A stretch of DNA of 63,970 nt, filler included, from Circinaria calcarea (lineage: Eukaryota), in the NCBI GenBank assembly GCA_051942165.1. It is 6 parts of 6 records of this genome, joined end to end, with 100 filler letters (N's around TTAATTAATTAA, not from the genome) between each part and the next. Parts side by side here need not be neighbours in the genome. Positions count along the whole stretch, not along the records: positions 32,559 to 43,306 come from JAVECS010000767.1; positions 43,407 to 54,145 come from JAVECS010000768.1; 4 more parts are not named here. One strand, given 5' to 3'. Positions 39,001 through 51,142 of the stretch are shown here, piece after piece (positions within the stretch are counted from its first letter, which is position 1; every line of letters starts with the position of its first letter). Made by a program: the position numbers and the translations under genes. The notes under the pieces are model-generated. The model worked only from the letters and a program-made list of their open reading frames with translations. It had not been told where the DNA came from and searched no databases.

Positions 39001-39562
39001 GATGGGTCTTTTGTCACCAATCAAAAGATGCCAGATAGAGAAACTATGACGTAGACAGGACCTCACGGATGAGATAGAGCCTTGAATGGAGCTCTGTTGC
39101 GGAGTAGGGCTTCAGAAATAGCTACAGTAAGGTGGCTAGATCGACAGTGGTGAGAAATAGAACAAGAGGCCTTGAGTGAGGCTGTATGCCAAAGCCTATC
39201 TCATAGTTTGGCAAGCATCCAGTCAATCATCATCCCGTTCAGCTAGACAAACCTTCTCGGTATTTGGGATGCTGTCAAGATCATGTAAACAAAGAATAGC
39301 TGCTACTACCTCACGCTTACATTACTTATGCCTTCTACTGTACGGAGTCGTGCATCAAAAGTCTTCGATATACGCTAACTGCAATGAGATAGAGCTAATT
39401 TTTTTGTGTACTAGCGTCACATCAGTAGGTAGTAGACCATAAAAGGTGGCCTCAGAAGGCCCATTGGCCAAAGCTTTGGTGACTCGGGACAGTGAGCCAT
39501 TGGCTGAGTGTGTTGAATTTATGTGAAACGGCTATTGATTTGCTATGTGGGAGACTCGTTAT

Positions 39563-40750
39563 TTATACATGAATGACACTAACGCTAAGCCTAATACGGT
39601 CCATAGGGCGACTTCCAACAGCGGCGCCCATCCCTCTCAGTCCGGAGCCCGAGTCAAACGGAGCACACCGTATACACCCTATTCATGGCCCCAGCCTACC
39701 TTTCTCGTCCACACAGCTGTGTCACCCGGCTCCCCAGCACGATAACAGAATGGAGTATGCCGCGTAAGGGGAACATGATTGAAGCGGAAGTCTCAGACAC
39801 TGGCATACACCATTCTGTAGGCACTAAATGCCATCACCGTCCCGATAATTGCCCCAGCTAAGCAGTCGTACCAGTCGTGGAACTCGTCGATGGTCAGCAC
39901 ACCAGCAATAAGTGTGGCACCAAGAATCGGAGCGTAGACAGCAATAAGCTTCCAGAATGCCGGGTGATAGTTGGAAAGAACTTTGAGTTTTGCGTTGAGG
40001 TAGATGAAGAGAAACACAAAGCCAGCAAAGGCAGCAGTGGAGTGACCCGAAGGAAAAGATTCAAGAGAGTCGTCGATATGATTTCGGTCGCCGGTACAGA
40101 TACTACGATAGTACATGATTTGGCGAAGACCGTTGCCGATCTGAATACCATTGTTGGGAATGGAAGGCTGGCAAACTGTAAGGAAATGAGGGTGAAGACC
40201 ACCGATGAGCCACTATGTTAGATAATTAGTGAAAAGTACTGGGAACAGGTGTCCCTAGCCAATATGCCTTGATGAGAACTTTGAAAACTGCAGTGGTGAT
40301 CAAAGAGTAAAGAAGACGAATGACAGCATTGTTAACGTCCCAAAATGAACGAATTCGAATCTGCATCAACAATATCACTGCAATGGGAACCAAGGAGGCC
40401 AGAAGTGCTGCAAGCCAAATAGGAATGATCTCCTTGCGAAAAGGATATGCGAGTTGCGGATACACGATCTCACCATCTTGGAAGTAAACCGGAAAGGAAC
40501 GTGTAGGTGCTGGATGGGCGTGGTATACTCCCAACCCGGCCGCCCCGAGTATCAGCATCGTTAGGATATCCAACCAGGTAAACTTAAGCCATTTCCCAAA
40601 GGAGGGGCGGCGGTTAAGTTAGCTTGAGTTCTCATCGTAAGATGTTCGGGCAACCTTTTCATGATGATGCTGGTCAACACCGGTATCTGCAGTAGTGTTG
40701 GTCGAACTAGCAACATTAGTAGTGTGTGGGCGGCGATTGAAGAGACCTAT
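39563..40750 (-). pseudogene. PAP2/DPP1-like lipid phosphate phosphatase pseudogene
   Basis: K|WLIGGLHPHFL, SFPSGHS and FHDWYDCLAG motifs; presumed start reads ATA (40750); in-frame TAA (40619-40621), TGA (39793-39795) and TAG (~39679); apparent 3' frameshift; GC intron donor. Confidence 0.8.
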
Positions 40751-41386
40751 GATTGAGAGGTATCGTTGACTGGTAGTTGAAGAAGGCAAGGCGAGAAGAG
40801 GGATGATGGGTGGAGATTAAGTGAAAAAAAACCGTGACGACACGCTGCAGCCGTGAATTTGTATGTGCAAACAGTAAATACGGTTTGCTTCAACCTAGTC
40901 CGGAGACTTGCAGTAGCTGGAGCTTCACTGCATACGAGTGGACACAAGGCAGTAACAAATAATTAGAGGTTAATGAGAAAGGCGTGGGTGAAGTCTGCCT
41001 TTAAGTAGGCACGGCACATTCACTTTTCCCAGCCATATCTGACGTGCAAATAGAGACATAGTATCAAAGGTTTGATGTAAACAATACTACAATTAGGGCT
41101 CGTGTGTGAGCCAGATGATGCAAAAGGAAGGTTGCCTGAACCGAAATATGGCACACAAAAATGACCAAAAAAATAAAATACAATTATTTTAAGATCAACG
41201 AGAACCTGAGCCGAGTGGATATAGTCCGACCAGAATTCGGGCAACGATGGAGGGCTCAGCTCAACACGCCGCACCCGAAAGTATTCTTTTAGACCAGATC
41301 TAGCCTGAAGCTAAGATTACCATTGACCGCCATCATGGGTTTTTTAGACTCTCTTCTTTCATCTTGGACAGTTACGCCTTATAGTT

Positions 41387-41648
41387 ACTGTCGAACTTTA
41401 CGGGGTTTCTGAATGCTCGTGGTAAAGTCTAGTGAGTAGGCACTGAGTCACGTCTCTAATTACGTGTGCACAATGCAGTGAGTGAGGCAGTTCATACACT
41501 ATGATTCGAATGCAATTCGTGTTCATTCGGAATCTATGAAAAGTCTGCGGTTCTATGGAGAGAAAAACAACGCTTTTTATGAGTCTCGCTTACTGAACTC
41601 CGGGGTCCGAGCTCGCGAGTTCACGTGTACGGTGCCAAGTTCGACAGT
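41387..41648. mobile_element. MITE-like element family A, copy 1 (~260 bp)
   Basis: Perfect 12-bp TIR ACTGTCGAACTT...AAGTTCGACAGT; the first ~190 bp closely match 47050-47240 on another contig. Confidence 0.8.
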
Positions 41649-42195
41649 TACTTATATATACTTTCAAAATCTGTACACACCCCTAAACGCCAAGACATGC
41701 CCTTAGGCCTATTCGGCTATTTGAGTTTACCTCAGCATCGAGATACCCTAGCCATTGGTTGACAGGGACAACTGCCTATTTTCTTTGCGAAGCTACAGAA
41801 ATCCCTTGTCAGGTGAAAATCCCCGCGCTTCAATCATTACATTAAGAATATTGGGGTCATATTACTACGAAGAAGCTACAATACTCAGTCACATCACATT
41901 GCCCCGAGCTCAAAGCACTTGCTTTCATTTATGGCGCAGTTCAAAAGATCAACTGTCTAGTATGCGGAGGACCATGTCGACCGAAATCAGATTGGATAGT
42001 GTACACGCGTCATGTAGAATGAGTTATCATGAAATGCTGTCGTGTATTTCCTGGCCTGTGAAAAGGCTACACATGATCAAACAACCAACGATCAATCCTT
42101 CCAGATATGTGTACTGCTTGAAGAACCATAAGCCGCAAAAAGATCCGCAGTGTGGCCGACGGGTTGAGACACGTTAGTATCGTTCACCCGCCATT

Positions 42196-43297
42196 TCAGT
42201 CTGCAGATTTCTTGGGCTTTTTCTCCTTGGGTGCTCTGACTGTTCTCTCCGCCTTGGCTGTGGCTTCCTTTGCGGCCTTGCGCGCTTCCGAAACCGTCTT
42301 TTCTAAGACGCTGACCCCGTCTCCAGTAGCCTCACGCACCTTCTCCTTGCTAAGATTTTTCTTGGCGGCTTTGACTGTCTTTCCTGCCTTATCAACAGCT
42401 TCGTCTGCGGTGTTCTTCGCAGCGTTTGAGGCACCGGCTACCACATCCTCAGTGGTACTGGCATTTTCTGTCTTTGCCTCCTTCTCCTTCTTCGAGCCTT
42501 TCTTATTTCCTGCAAGTGTCGTTCCAGTTTTCTTCGCAACCTGGGTTGCTACTTCAATGACATCCTGCATAGCGTTGTTGCTTTCCGAGAGAACGTTGTC
42601 ATTTGCACGCTCGGTCTCCGATTTAGCTTCCTTCCCCCTTTTCCCACCCCTCTTTACCTTTTTACTCACGACTTCCTCGACGGTCACCCAAGTACTCTCA
42701 TTCTCGCCACTACCCACAACCACCGTCTTCTCTTCAACAATTTCTTCAATCTCACCTACATCCTCGACCGACTTCTCTTTCTCTTTCTCTTTCTCTTTCT
42801 CTTTCTCTTTCTCTTTCTCTTTCTCTTTCTCTTTTTCTTTTTCTTTTTCTTTTACTGGCACGGTATCCACCCCTTTGAGCTCGCCGCCGTCAAATTCGTA
42901 CCCAATCTTCTTAAGTTTCTCTTGCTTATCTTCTCTCCTTTCCTTCTCACCCTGAATCCTCTTCTCCCATCCCTCTCGTCCCATCCCCATCTCCAGTTGC
43001 CTTCCTTGAATCTTGTTCCAAGGCACAGCTTTAAACCGTTTGTTAGCTCCCTTCCATAGCTTCTCGTGAACCTGCTCCTTGGGAATAACACTGCATTTCA
43101 GGATGTGGTTAAACATGAGATAGTTGTTCATCGTATCAGCGACAATCTCGGCGACGTCTGCAGATGCGAACTCTATGAAAGCGTAATGCTTAGATTTACC
43201 CGTCGACTTGTTACGTGAGAGACGAAGTCGTTTGATGGTTCCGAATTGAGTGAAGTAAGCGTGCATCTCGTGTTCGTAGAAGCCATGAGGAATACGA
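42196..43297 (-). CDS. NOP15: Nucleolar RRM ribosome-biogenesis protein Nop15/NIFK (5' exon(s) lost at the contig end)
   Basis: RIPHGFYEHEMHAYFTQFGTIKRLRLSRNKSTGKSKHYAFIEF...TMNNYLMFNHILKC...LWKGANKRFKAVPW; Lys/Glu-rich tail. Confidence 0.92.
42773..42852. repeat. Coding hexanucleotide microsatellite (TTCTCT)n encoding a KE repeat of about 13 units
   Basis: Direct reading; translates as KEKEKE... in NOP15. Confidence 0.95.
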
Positions 43298-43306
43298 CTA
43301 CGGTCA

Positions 43307-43406
43307 NNNNNNNNNNNNNNNNNNNNNNNNNNNNNNNNNNNNNNNNNNNNTTAATTAATTAANNNNNNNNNNNNNNNNNNNNNNNNNNNNNNNNNNNNNN
43401 NNNNNN
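43307..43406. other. Artificial contig linker
   Basis: N44-TTAATTAATTAA-N44. Confidence 0.98.
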
Positions 43407-44539
43407 CATATGCATGGAAGTCCATGGCTTCGTTGCACATCAAACTCTGTGCGTTCGATGAGGATTGCCCAAGTAGGCAGATTGTCTTGGAAAAGTGGGT
43501 AGCCCTTTGTGCCTACATGGCCAGGAGGATTACGCCGTTCCAATTGAACTTCAGTATGGACTGTATCGGCAGCACCATAACCGTACCAGAAATCGCCAGG
43601 CAGGTTATGCAGCCGATAAGAAGGCTACCAGAGCTTAAGAATTGCGCTGTTTGTCTTACTTCAAAGCGGGACGAACAGTTGCACAATATTGCCAAGCACA
43701 TGTCGTTGCAAGCATCAGGTAGACATACGACCTTACACGCCGTATTTCCACGATTCGACCGTCTTCCCAGAGAGATTAGACTCATGATTCTTGTCGAAAC
43801 CGAATTGGTTCTGAGAAGCGATGAATGCGAAGATGCGGGAGGCATCAGTATCGCGACGCAGAAATCAGAGAGCCGGAACCTTTGTTGCAAACGATGCACA
43901 CCCGCCTTGGTGGCATGTTGCTGTCAGACACGAAGAGCAGCTTATTCGACAACATGCGTCTGCCGTCGCATACCCACACCCCTTTTCTATGTTAGCCGAC
44001 AGATGTCCTATGAAGCCACCGAGGTCTTTTACTCGCACAACACCTTTCTCCTACGTGGAAGTATCAAGTCGATGACAAAATTCCTCCACCGCCTGTCTCC
44101 ATTTGCTCTCTGGCAGTTACGGACTATCGACATACGGCTCGAATATGATCAGTTTAAGGAATGGCCTGATGTGGAAATGGCCCATACACATGATTGGCAA
44201 TCCTTGATCAGCTTCATGAGTGAAAATCTGAACATATCTAATCTTGCCCTCAGCCTTGACTTGGAAAGTTGTGTAGAGGACCATCTTACACAAGAGGACG
44301 ATACCGTTGATGATGTTGATGATAATGATGGCGATGAGTTGGAGCTAGAATGGCTTCGCGACATATGCACAGACATTGCCATACCACTTGGCCAGTTACA
44401 AGGGATACGTAGTTTTCAGGTTGTACTTGGCCACTTAGACCACTACGAGTCCGCACTCGAGGAAATGGTCCTTGGGCCTCGCCCAGACAGAGAAGGTACC
44501 ACAGGGAGTGTCTTGTATGGGACACCTGAGATCAGATGA
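43407..44539 (+). CDS. Fungal hypothetical protein with an F-box/2EXR-like motif and Cys cluster (probably 5' truncated)
   Basis: FPRFDRLPREIRLMIL; CCKRC...CCC...YSTTCVC; LFYVSRQMSYEATEVFYSHNTF; LRTIDIRL. Confidence 0.7.
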
Positions 44540-46649
44540 AAAGAGACAAGGAATGATGGCCTCTTATTCTTCGAAAACCCATGGGATGGCTAATCACCAT
44601 ACGTGCGACATGGAAATCTTTGGCCACGTACTAGCTGAAGGAGCATCAGGGGAGGAACTATGCTAGTATTGAAGGTACACATCACTGCTGGTTGATACCT
44701 CGGAAGAGTTATCCTAACGATCAGGCTCATCTTCCTACCTTGACACATCACCCATTTCCCCATTCACTGCGGATGTAAATACGCTTGCAAGATCTTCTCG
44801 TATGCACGGTCTCATCTTAAACACAGGCTTCTCCTTTCGTGCTACCCTGTGCAGTGCCTCGTTATCTCATGACTGACAACGTGCTTTCCTTGCTGCCATA
44901 TAACTTCGAGCATCGCTCCATGCGTCATTCCCGAGCTTTGCGACAAACAATGTCGTCGCTTGATCCCAAAATCTTCCTTCACCCACAGATCTCAACTCTC
45001 CAACTCCTTCAAGCTCAGCAGCACCCCTTTTCTACCTCTGCGCTAACGTTCCTCGATCCTTGTCCCTACGGTCCTACAGTTACTGGGAGAGACAATATTG
45101 ATGCAGCCGTACGGTGCAAGGTTTGGAAGAAGCGGGGCATGTTTGTAATGCGCGAGAGGGCTCTAAGAAATAGAAATAGTGGTGAGGGCAAATGGTTGTA
45201 GCCGACAACAACCGTCGTGACCGGAAACTATAAGCCCTAATATACCTGCAGGTCTAGACGCTGTAGATCCTCCGTTTCGGGTGAAATCGAGACGCATTGA
45301 CGCTACATAAGGAGCGGCAAAAGCGGCAAAGGACGGGGAGAACCAATAATGAATCTGTACGCATTGTCTTGCCCGTGCGATGAAGGATGCAATCACCACA
45401 AGAAGGCTGTGTTCGTTGAAGCCTAGGTTCTCCGGATCTTCTATATATGAGGCTAGGTAGTCCGCTGTCTCAGTTTTGGTCCCTTGCCATTTTCCTTTGT
45501 GACTAGTTTTCATTACTTGCTGCTTGCTATGAGGGGATTTATCTTATGAATACTATTTCGAGTTCCTTCAATCGCCATAGAAACCAGATCAAAACGTTTC
45601 TCATCAGGAAAACATCTTGTTGTTCAGCAGGAATATAACGAGCGGGACGCTATGTTAGTTTGCAAGAAAGGGAAGCCCCAGCGGCGGAATTAATTATTAG
45701 TAAGAAGTTTATTAATCTATGCGGATGCCAAAGATGCAAGGTATGACCGAAGATTGTATCACACATGACAAAGAACTCGACTGCATGAGGATGATAGGAT
45801 TATAGAGCGACGAGAAAATATTATTATTAGTTAATTCGCGTCCGCGACTTATGGCATCACTTGTTTTGAATTCAAAAGAGAGTTGCCTTGCATTCTTCAC
45901 TCTGAAGGATTCCTGAATATAAATCTATCGTCAACGGCTCCTTTGGACGAAGCACAGAAGGTTAACGAGAGTTGGGATTCAATACTAATTCACCAACTTC
46001 TCTGCTGTGAGAGGATAGAGACGCAGTACTCGCAGATGTATCTCCGGAGCACAGCAATTGTTCAACTAATATGATTGAAATCAAAGTTTTAATTTCCTAT
46101 AAATTCAAGCAGTTCTCCTATGTAATGCGTGCAAGGAAGGAAACATAGGGGAAGCCAAATTACGTAGGCGAGATTATTGATCTCCTCTATTTTGAGCATT
46201 CAAACGCTTCACTGCAAAGCGAGAGAAAATGAAACTAAATTGACGTTGGCACTTGTCTACTTTTGCCTTTCGACATTACTATCTTACCGCATCTGGCAGT
46301 TTCCCTTATAAGCGTTTGTTATCCACTCGAGCAACTCCTTCCACGGGAGGTTCCGAGAAGGGTTTTCCATGTACGCAAAAGTTAAGGAAGGGTGTTCCTG
46401 CTTAAGCTAGATGGATTAACTTATGCTTCGTGGCTAGACAGAATCTATATTGGTAAATAAGAAAATCCGAAAGTACACAATGACCTGGCACGGGGAGAAG
46501 AACGCGCTCAAGGAACAAAGACGGAAAACAAGTTTATACCAACTGCAAGCCAGTTTGGCCTGAAAGCCGTCCTGAATAACATTCCTGCGCAAAGAGCTAT
46601 AACGAATTGATATTACCCAGATTCTGGATCATACCAACGCGTCTGATTC

Positions 46650-46766
46650 AGCGCCGCCAGTAATGCGGCAGTGCACACTGTACTGGCAGTACAGTACACG
46701 TACTGCACTGCCAAGAACACTATAGTGCGAATTTTGTACCATACTGCTTACATTAATGGCGGCGCT
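46650..46766. mobile_element. Short foldback/MITE-like element (117 bp) with nested palindromes
   Basis: AGCGCCGCCAGTAATG ... CATTAATGGCGGCGCT (15/16 inverted match); internal GGCAGTGCA...TGCACTGCC and CTGTACTG-G-CAGTACAG stems. Confidence 0.65.
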
Positions 46767-47049
46767 AGTCTGATCCGAAGTTCGCATAAAGCCATCCTAC
46801 GAAACTTTTCTGTGACCAACCAACACAATCAAATTATTCGATATCGAATCGTTCCCTCGAGTTATTCCATTTCTTCGACTTAGTGCTTGGCGCGAGCGTA
46901 TCACACACCGGTACGAGCAGAATAGGGACAAAATGTCAGTAATACAGCCCTAAAAAGTTAAGAATGATCGCTAGGTGTGGTACCTAGGTGGACATGATAG
47001 ACATGTAGAAGATAGCTCGAAGCCAAAGTACGCCGGACTGAGATAATAT

Positions 47050-47309
47050 ACTGTCGAATTTTACGGGTTTCTGAATACTCGCAGTAAAGTGTAGTCAGTA
47101 GGCACTAACTCACGTCTCTATTACGTGTGCACAATGCAGTAAGTGAGGCAGTTCATACGTAGTGATTCGAATGCAATTCGTGTTCATTCGGAATCTATGA
47201 AAAGTCTATGGTTCTAAAAGGAGAAAATAACGCTTTTTACACGTGTTTCACGGGGCTAATTCCTCGCGTAATTGCACTCGTAAACTGTTCGACAGTTTAT
47301 ATTCGACAG
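47050..47309. mobile_element. MITE-like element family A, copy 2
   Basis: Starts ACTGTCGAATTTTACGGG; body matches 41387-41580; ends with two TIR-like motifs, GTTCGACAGT (to 47296) and ATTCGACAG (to 47309). Confidence 0.78.
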
Positions 47310-47838
47310 GTTTGAAACTCACCCACTCATTCAAAGAAAGAGGCCCGCCGCGGCGGGCTTACATCATCTGCCGTAAGTTTCCCCAAACTAATAAACCTAG
47401 TGGCCCTGGTGGCATTACTCATCTCTTTCTGCCACCGGATCATTTCAAGTCGGTGGGTTTTTAAGAATTGAACGAGTGCCACACAGCTGCTATATAAAAA
47501 GAGAAAAAATCCCAGATAGGGGTGAGTATAAGCTTTCGATCGAATAGATAATAACAGCCGACAGATAGGAAATGAGATGCCGTTGGCGGTCCCGTTGTTT
47601 TTTAGGCCATTGGGAAGGAAGACGTGTGATATAGTCGGCGCAGGGATGATAGTGATGGGCATCGATAGAGGTCAATTTAGCGGATGATCCCTCTTACAGC
47701 AGTATTTGCGCAAGTGATATTTCCATGCAAGCTCCCAGGCCTCCCTTTCGGTGCGGAATCGGCACCTGAGGCTCGGATACTCTGTAACTTAGGCCCATTC
47801 TCCTGAGTGCGTAGCCTACCTCTTATGATTGCCCACAA

Positions 47839-48064
47839 GCCGTCTGGCGGTCTGACCTGCATACCCAGAGCTAAGATTTTAATTGCTTCATGGTGCTTTT
47901 TCCGATCTTATCTGCATGATGCATACCAGAAGTAAATCGTTACCATATCCAATATGGGCTAGTAAAAACTGGTGGATGCCGTCTGGCAGTCTGACTTGAG
48001 CTGAGATTTTAGATGCTCCGTCGTGTTTTTCTGATCTCACCTGCATGTTCCAATATGGGTTAGT
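47839..48064. repeat. Degenerate tandem duplication (~140-bp spacing)
   Basis: GCCGTCTGGC(G/A)GTCTGAC...GAGCT(A/G)AGATTTTA...TCCAATATGGG(C/T)TAGT occurs twice. Confidence 0.7.
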
Positions 48065-48115
48065 CCGTTTCAAAGAGTGTTAGCTGTCCCGTCGCTTATT
48101 GAGCTACCTTGGTAC

Positions 48116-48301
48116 TTAAGCTCGCGCTTGCCAAAAAAACGCGGACACCCAGAATTCGCCGACCGTAATTAGCGATGCCGTCCAGCCTAAGAAGCCCCTA
48201 CGCTTCCGCAGTCCTCACAAACTTAGTGGCAAGAATTGGGCGGTAATTCTACGGTCGGGCAGATTTGTGTGTCCGCGTTTTTTTGGCAAGCGCGAGTTAA
48301 G
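48116..48301. mobile_element. MITE (176 bp) with perfect 28-bp TIRs and TTAAG direct flanks
   Basis: TTAAG|CTCGCGCTTGCCAAAAAAACGCGGACAC ... GTGTCCGCGTTTTTTTGGCAAGCGCGAG|TTAAG. Confidence 0.85.
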
Positions 48302-48740
48302 GTACCTAGTAGTATGAGAACCTCTTGGCGCCGTTGCCTCCAAATATTCCGAGGCAGCAAGGGCAGGTAGAATAGGTACTAACACACCAAAATTCCCCAA
48401 AACTCAGAGAAACCACCACAGCAGAGCAGGATTCTCATTGCATAGCCATTACATGGCGTGGGACGGGATGGGACCGAGAAGGATCTCAAGATTCCATAAG
48501 GTAGTTACCACTATCGATGACCCATGCACAATGAAGATGCAGGTATCACGTGAAGTGAGATTCAAATTGACTATCCGAATTATTAATCAAGAATAGTAAT
48601 CAAGAAAGCCATTCCATTATTAATCACCCCGTGCATTTGTATCATATATTAGGAGCTAATTGAAATTGGTAATCTGGAATTGCTCAACACTTCGCATTCC
48701 ACACCAACTCGGCACCCATTTCAAGTTCGAATCACTCAAC

Positions 48741-49722
48741 ATGTCTGTGTATGTAATTACCGGGGTGTCCAGCGGAATCGGCGTGAGTCTGCTTGCCTTG
48801 TCGCGCATGGCCTCTGTCTAATCTGGCCTAGTTTGGATTCCTCAAGAGCATCTCCGAAGACCCGCAGAACCTGGTCGTCGGTCTGGTCCGCAACAAGGCT
48901 GCCACTGAACAGAAGGTGGCAACAGAGCTGGGCAAGCGTTCCAACGTCCACATCCTCCATGGAGATCTCACGAACTATGCCAGCCTGAAGCAAGCTGTTG
49001 CCGACACTGCCAAGATTGTTGGCGAGCATGGCATTGACTACCTTGTCGGCAACGCAGCTTTCCTCACCCACTTCGACGCTTATTCCCCTATTGGTGAATT
49101 GTAGGTCTGCTTCCCTCTGGTTACTATCTGAGGTTAACGATATTTGTTCAACAGGGGCGAAGAGCCTGAGGAGCTTGATAACGTTGCAGACAAGGTATTC
49201 AAGACCAATGTCACCGGCAACATCCATTTGTTCAACCTTTTCATGCCTCTTGTATTGAAGGGCAAGACTAAGAAGGTCATCGCCATCACCAGTGGTCATG
49301 GCGACCTTGATTTCATCAACAATTTCGATGTTGAGAATTCTGCCATATACTCTGCCTCCAAGGCGGCCTTGAACATTATTGTGGCCAAGTTTAGCGCACA
49401 ATACAAGAAATACGGTGTGCTCGTCTTCAGCATGAGCCCGGGAGTGGTGGAAGTGGGCCACTTTGCCGACCGTACATACCCCCGTCCTCGAGATTGAAAC
49501 ACCTGTACATTTTACTAATGTGTATCCACAGTGACTCCAAAACAAACCGAGGGGTTGATGAAATTCGTGGGCAAGGTTCAAGCCTATGCGCCTCACTTCA
49601 AGGGTCCAGTCCCCGTAGAAGAAGCCGTCCAGACTATTAGGTCGCTCTGGGAGAGGGCCAGCATCGAGACTGGGTATGCTGGTGCATTCGTCTCGCAGTT
49701 TGGAAATAGGCAATGGGTTTAA
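48741..49722 (+). CDS. Short-chain dehydrogenase/reductase (C-factor/CsgA-like; 4 exons)
   Basis: MSVYVITGVSSGIG (TGxxxGxG); IDYLVGNAA; FKTNVTG; catalytic YSASKAAL; SMSPGVV. Confidence 0.9.
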
Positions 49723-49855
49723 CCTCAGGGGTCCCAATCAGTTGAATTAGATACACTTATCGACATAGGTGTACGCTGTACTTCCATCCATATAGACTCC
49801 GCGAGACCGAATTATATCTCAAGTATCTCAATTCCAGATATCCATTGATGTAACT

Positions 49856-50524
49856 GGCCACCACCTAGTACTGCACCCATTAGTTCAACACATGCTGTGG
49901 ATCCAGTGGCTAGCAAATTCAATATTAGTTATGAAACTTTCCAATGAGTAACAGAGCGCTTACTGGTAACAAAGCCCTGATCCCAACGCTTGTTTATGAC
50001 ATCACCAGAAAATGTTCCTGCCTGGAGTGTAGCAGTTTTTTATCCGGCTGAATAATAATACACGTAAGCATTTCCACATTGATTTCTATACCAGAGAAGG
50101 GTGACAAGGAATCCGTTGTTTTATGACCACGATTTCTAACGAGGAACTCGAAGCTGTTATCATTATAGTACTTGACCTATGTTGACTAGAATCAGCAGGA
50201 GTGTCATCAAATTCTCAAGAATCTCCTGAGTAGGCCACTTGCAATTTTTGCTAGGTCGGACTCGGTTGCTGGTTGCACGACAACTTGATCAGTAGGCGTG
50301 ATTCGAGTATTCCATTTTGTTGTGGCACCTAGATACAGGGCGCTATCAGGTCCGAAGATCAGCGAGCCTTTTGAAAGTTGCGGGCCCAGCTCAATCTTGA
50401 CCGTGCTTGCAGTTATGTGGTCTCGCGAGAACAGGTTTCTCTGAAAATAACGAGGCACGATGGGAGAACTGCTCACGAGGACCGGCAGGAGGGCGAGGCC
50501 ATAAGCCACGATCAAGAACTTGGT
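49856..50524 (-). pseudogene. Truncated, frameshifted secreted FAD-binding (PCMH/BBE-like) oxidoreductase
   Basis: Signal peptide without ATG; VVVQPATESDLAKI, VKYYNDNSFEFLVRNRGH, frameshifts, ATLQAG...WDQGFVT|TGSTACVELMGAVLGGG, then the similarity stops. Confidence 0.75.
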
Positions 50525-51142
50525 AGTAGTTATTTCTGCTTCGTTCCGGTCGTGCTATGGCAACAACGGTAAGATGTCGAATGCAATTCTCTTCCTCCCT
50601 CGAAATAATAGGCATCGCGTCTGCTTTTATGGTCTTGATTCAGAAAGGCCACCGAAATCCTCGCGTTGGGCTTACGACCAATCTCAATCTCAGGACTGAG
50701 TCCATTATCACGCCGCTCGAGGTCTCCCTCCTCTCCGAGCCAGTGCCCATCAGCAAAGCAACGTTGAGACGGCACCATGAACTCTAAATCCCAGCCCATT
50801 TCAAGCCACAGCCTATTAGCATAGTACGTTCGGACGGAACGACTAATTATGTGGCCGACAGCTGGAAAATCTTGTAATCGTCGCTCCTTAGTTTGGGTAC
50901 AAATTCCAGACTTCCAGCTAGACAAAAGCGTGATGCCCTGAAACGACGTGAAACGAAGTGGAAGGGTTTAACTTCGGCGGGAGATATTCCGAACCGAACC
51001 AAAATCTTGCGGTGTTCTCACTCTGGCCTCAAAATTGGCCTAAAATAGTTTAGTTTTTGGCTCGATTAAGCCTGGTTTTCTACCTTATTAAGCCTAATTT
51101 TTCTAACCTATTTGGGCTTATTAGATTTAGCGTAGTATAATT

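Noticed and set aside
42152..42955. 267-aa hydrophobic ORF with an FS repeat, resembling a membrane protein
   Set aside because: Reverse complement of the Lys/Glu-rich NOP15 tail.
32559..43306. Starship giant transposon
   Set aside because: NLR-like cargo is suggestive, but no DUF3435 tyrosine-recombinase captain or element boundary is visible.
48757..49737. 326-aa ORF antisense to the SDR
   Set aside because: Long antisense frames are a known codon-bias by-product of SDR genes; no independent domain seen.
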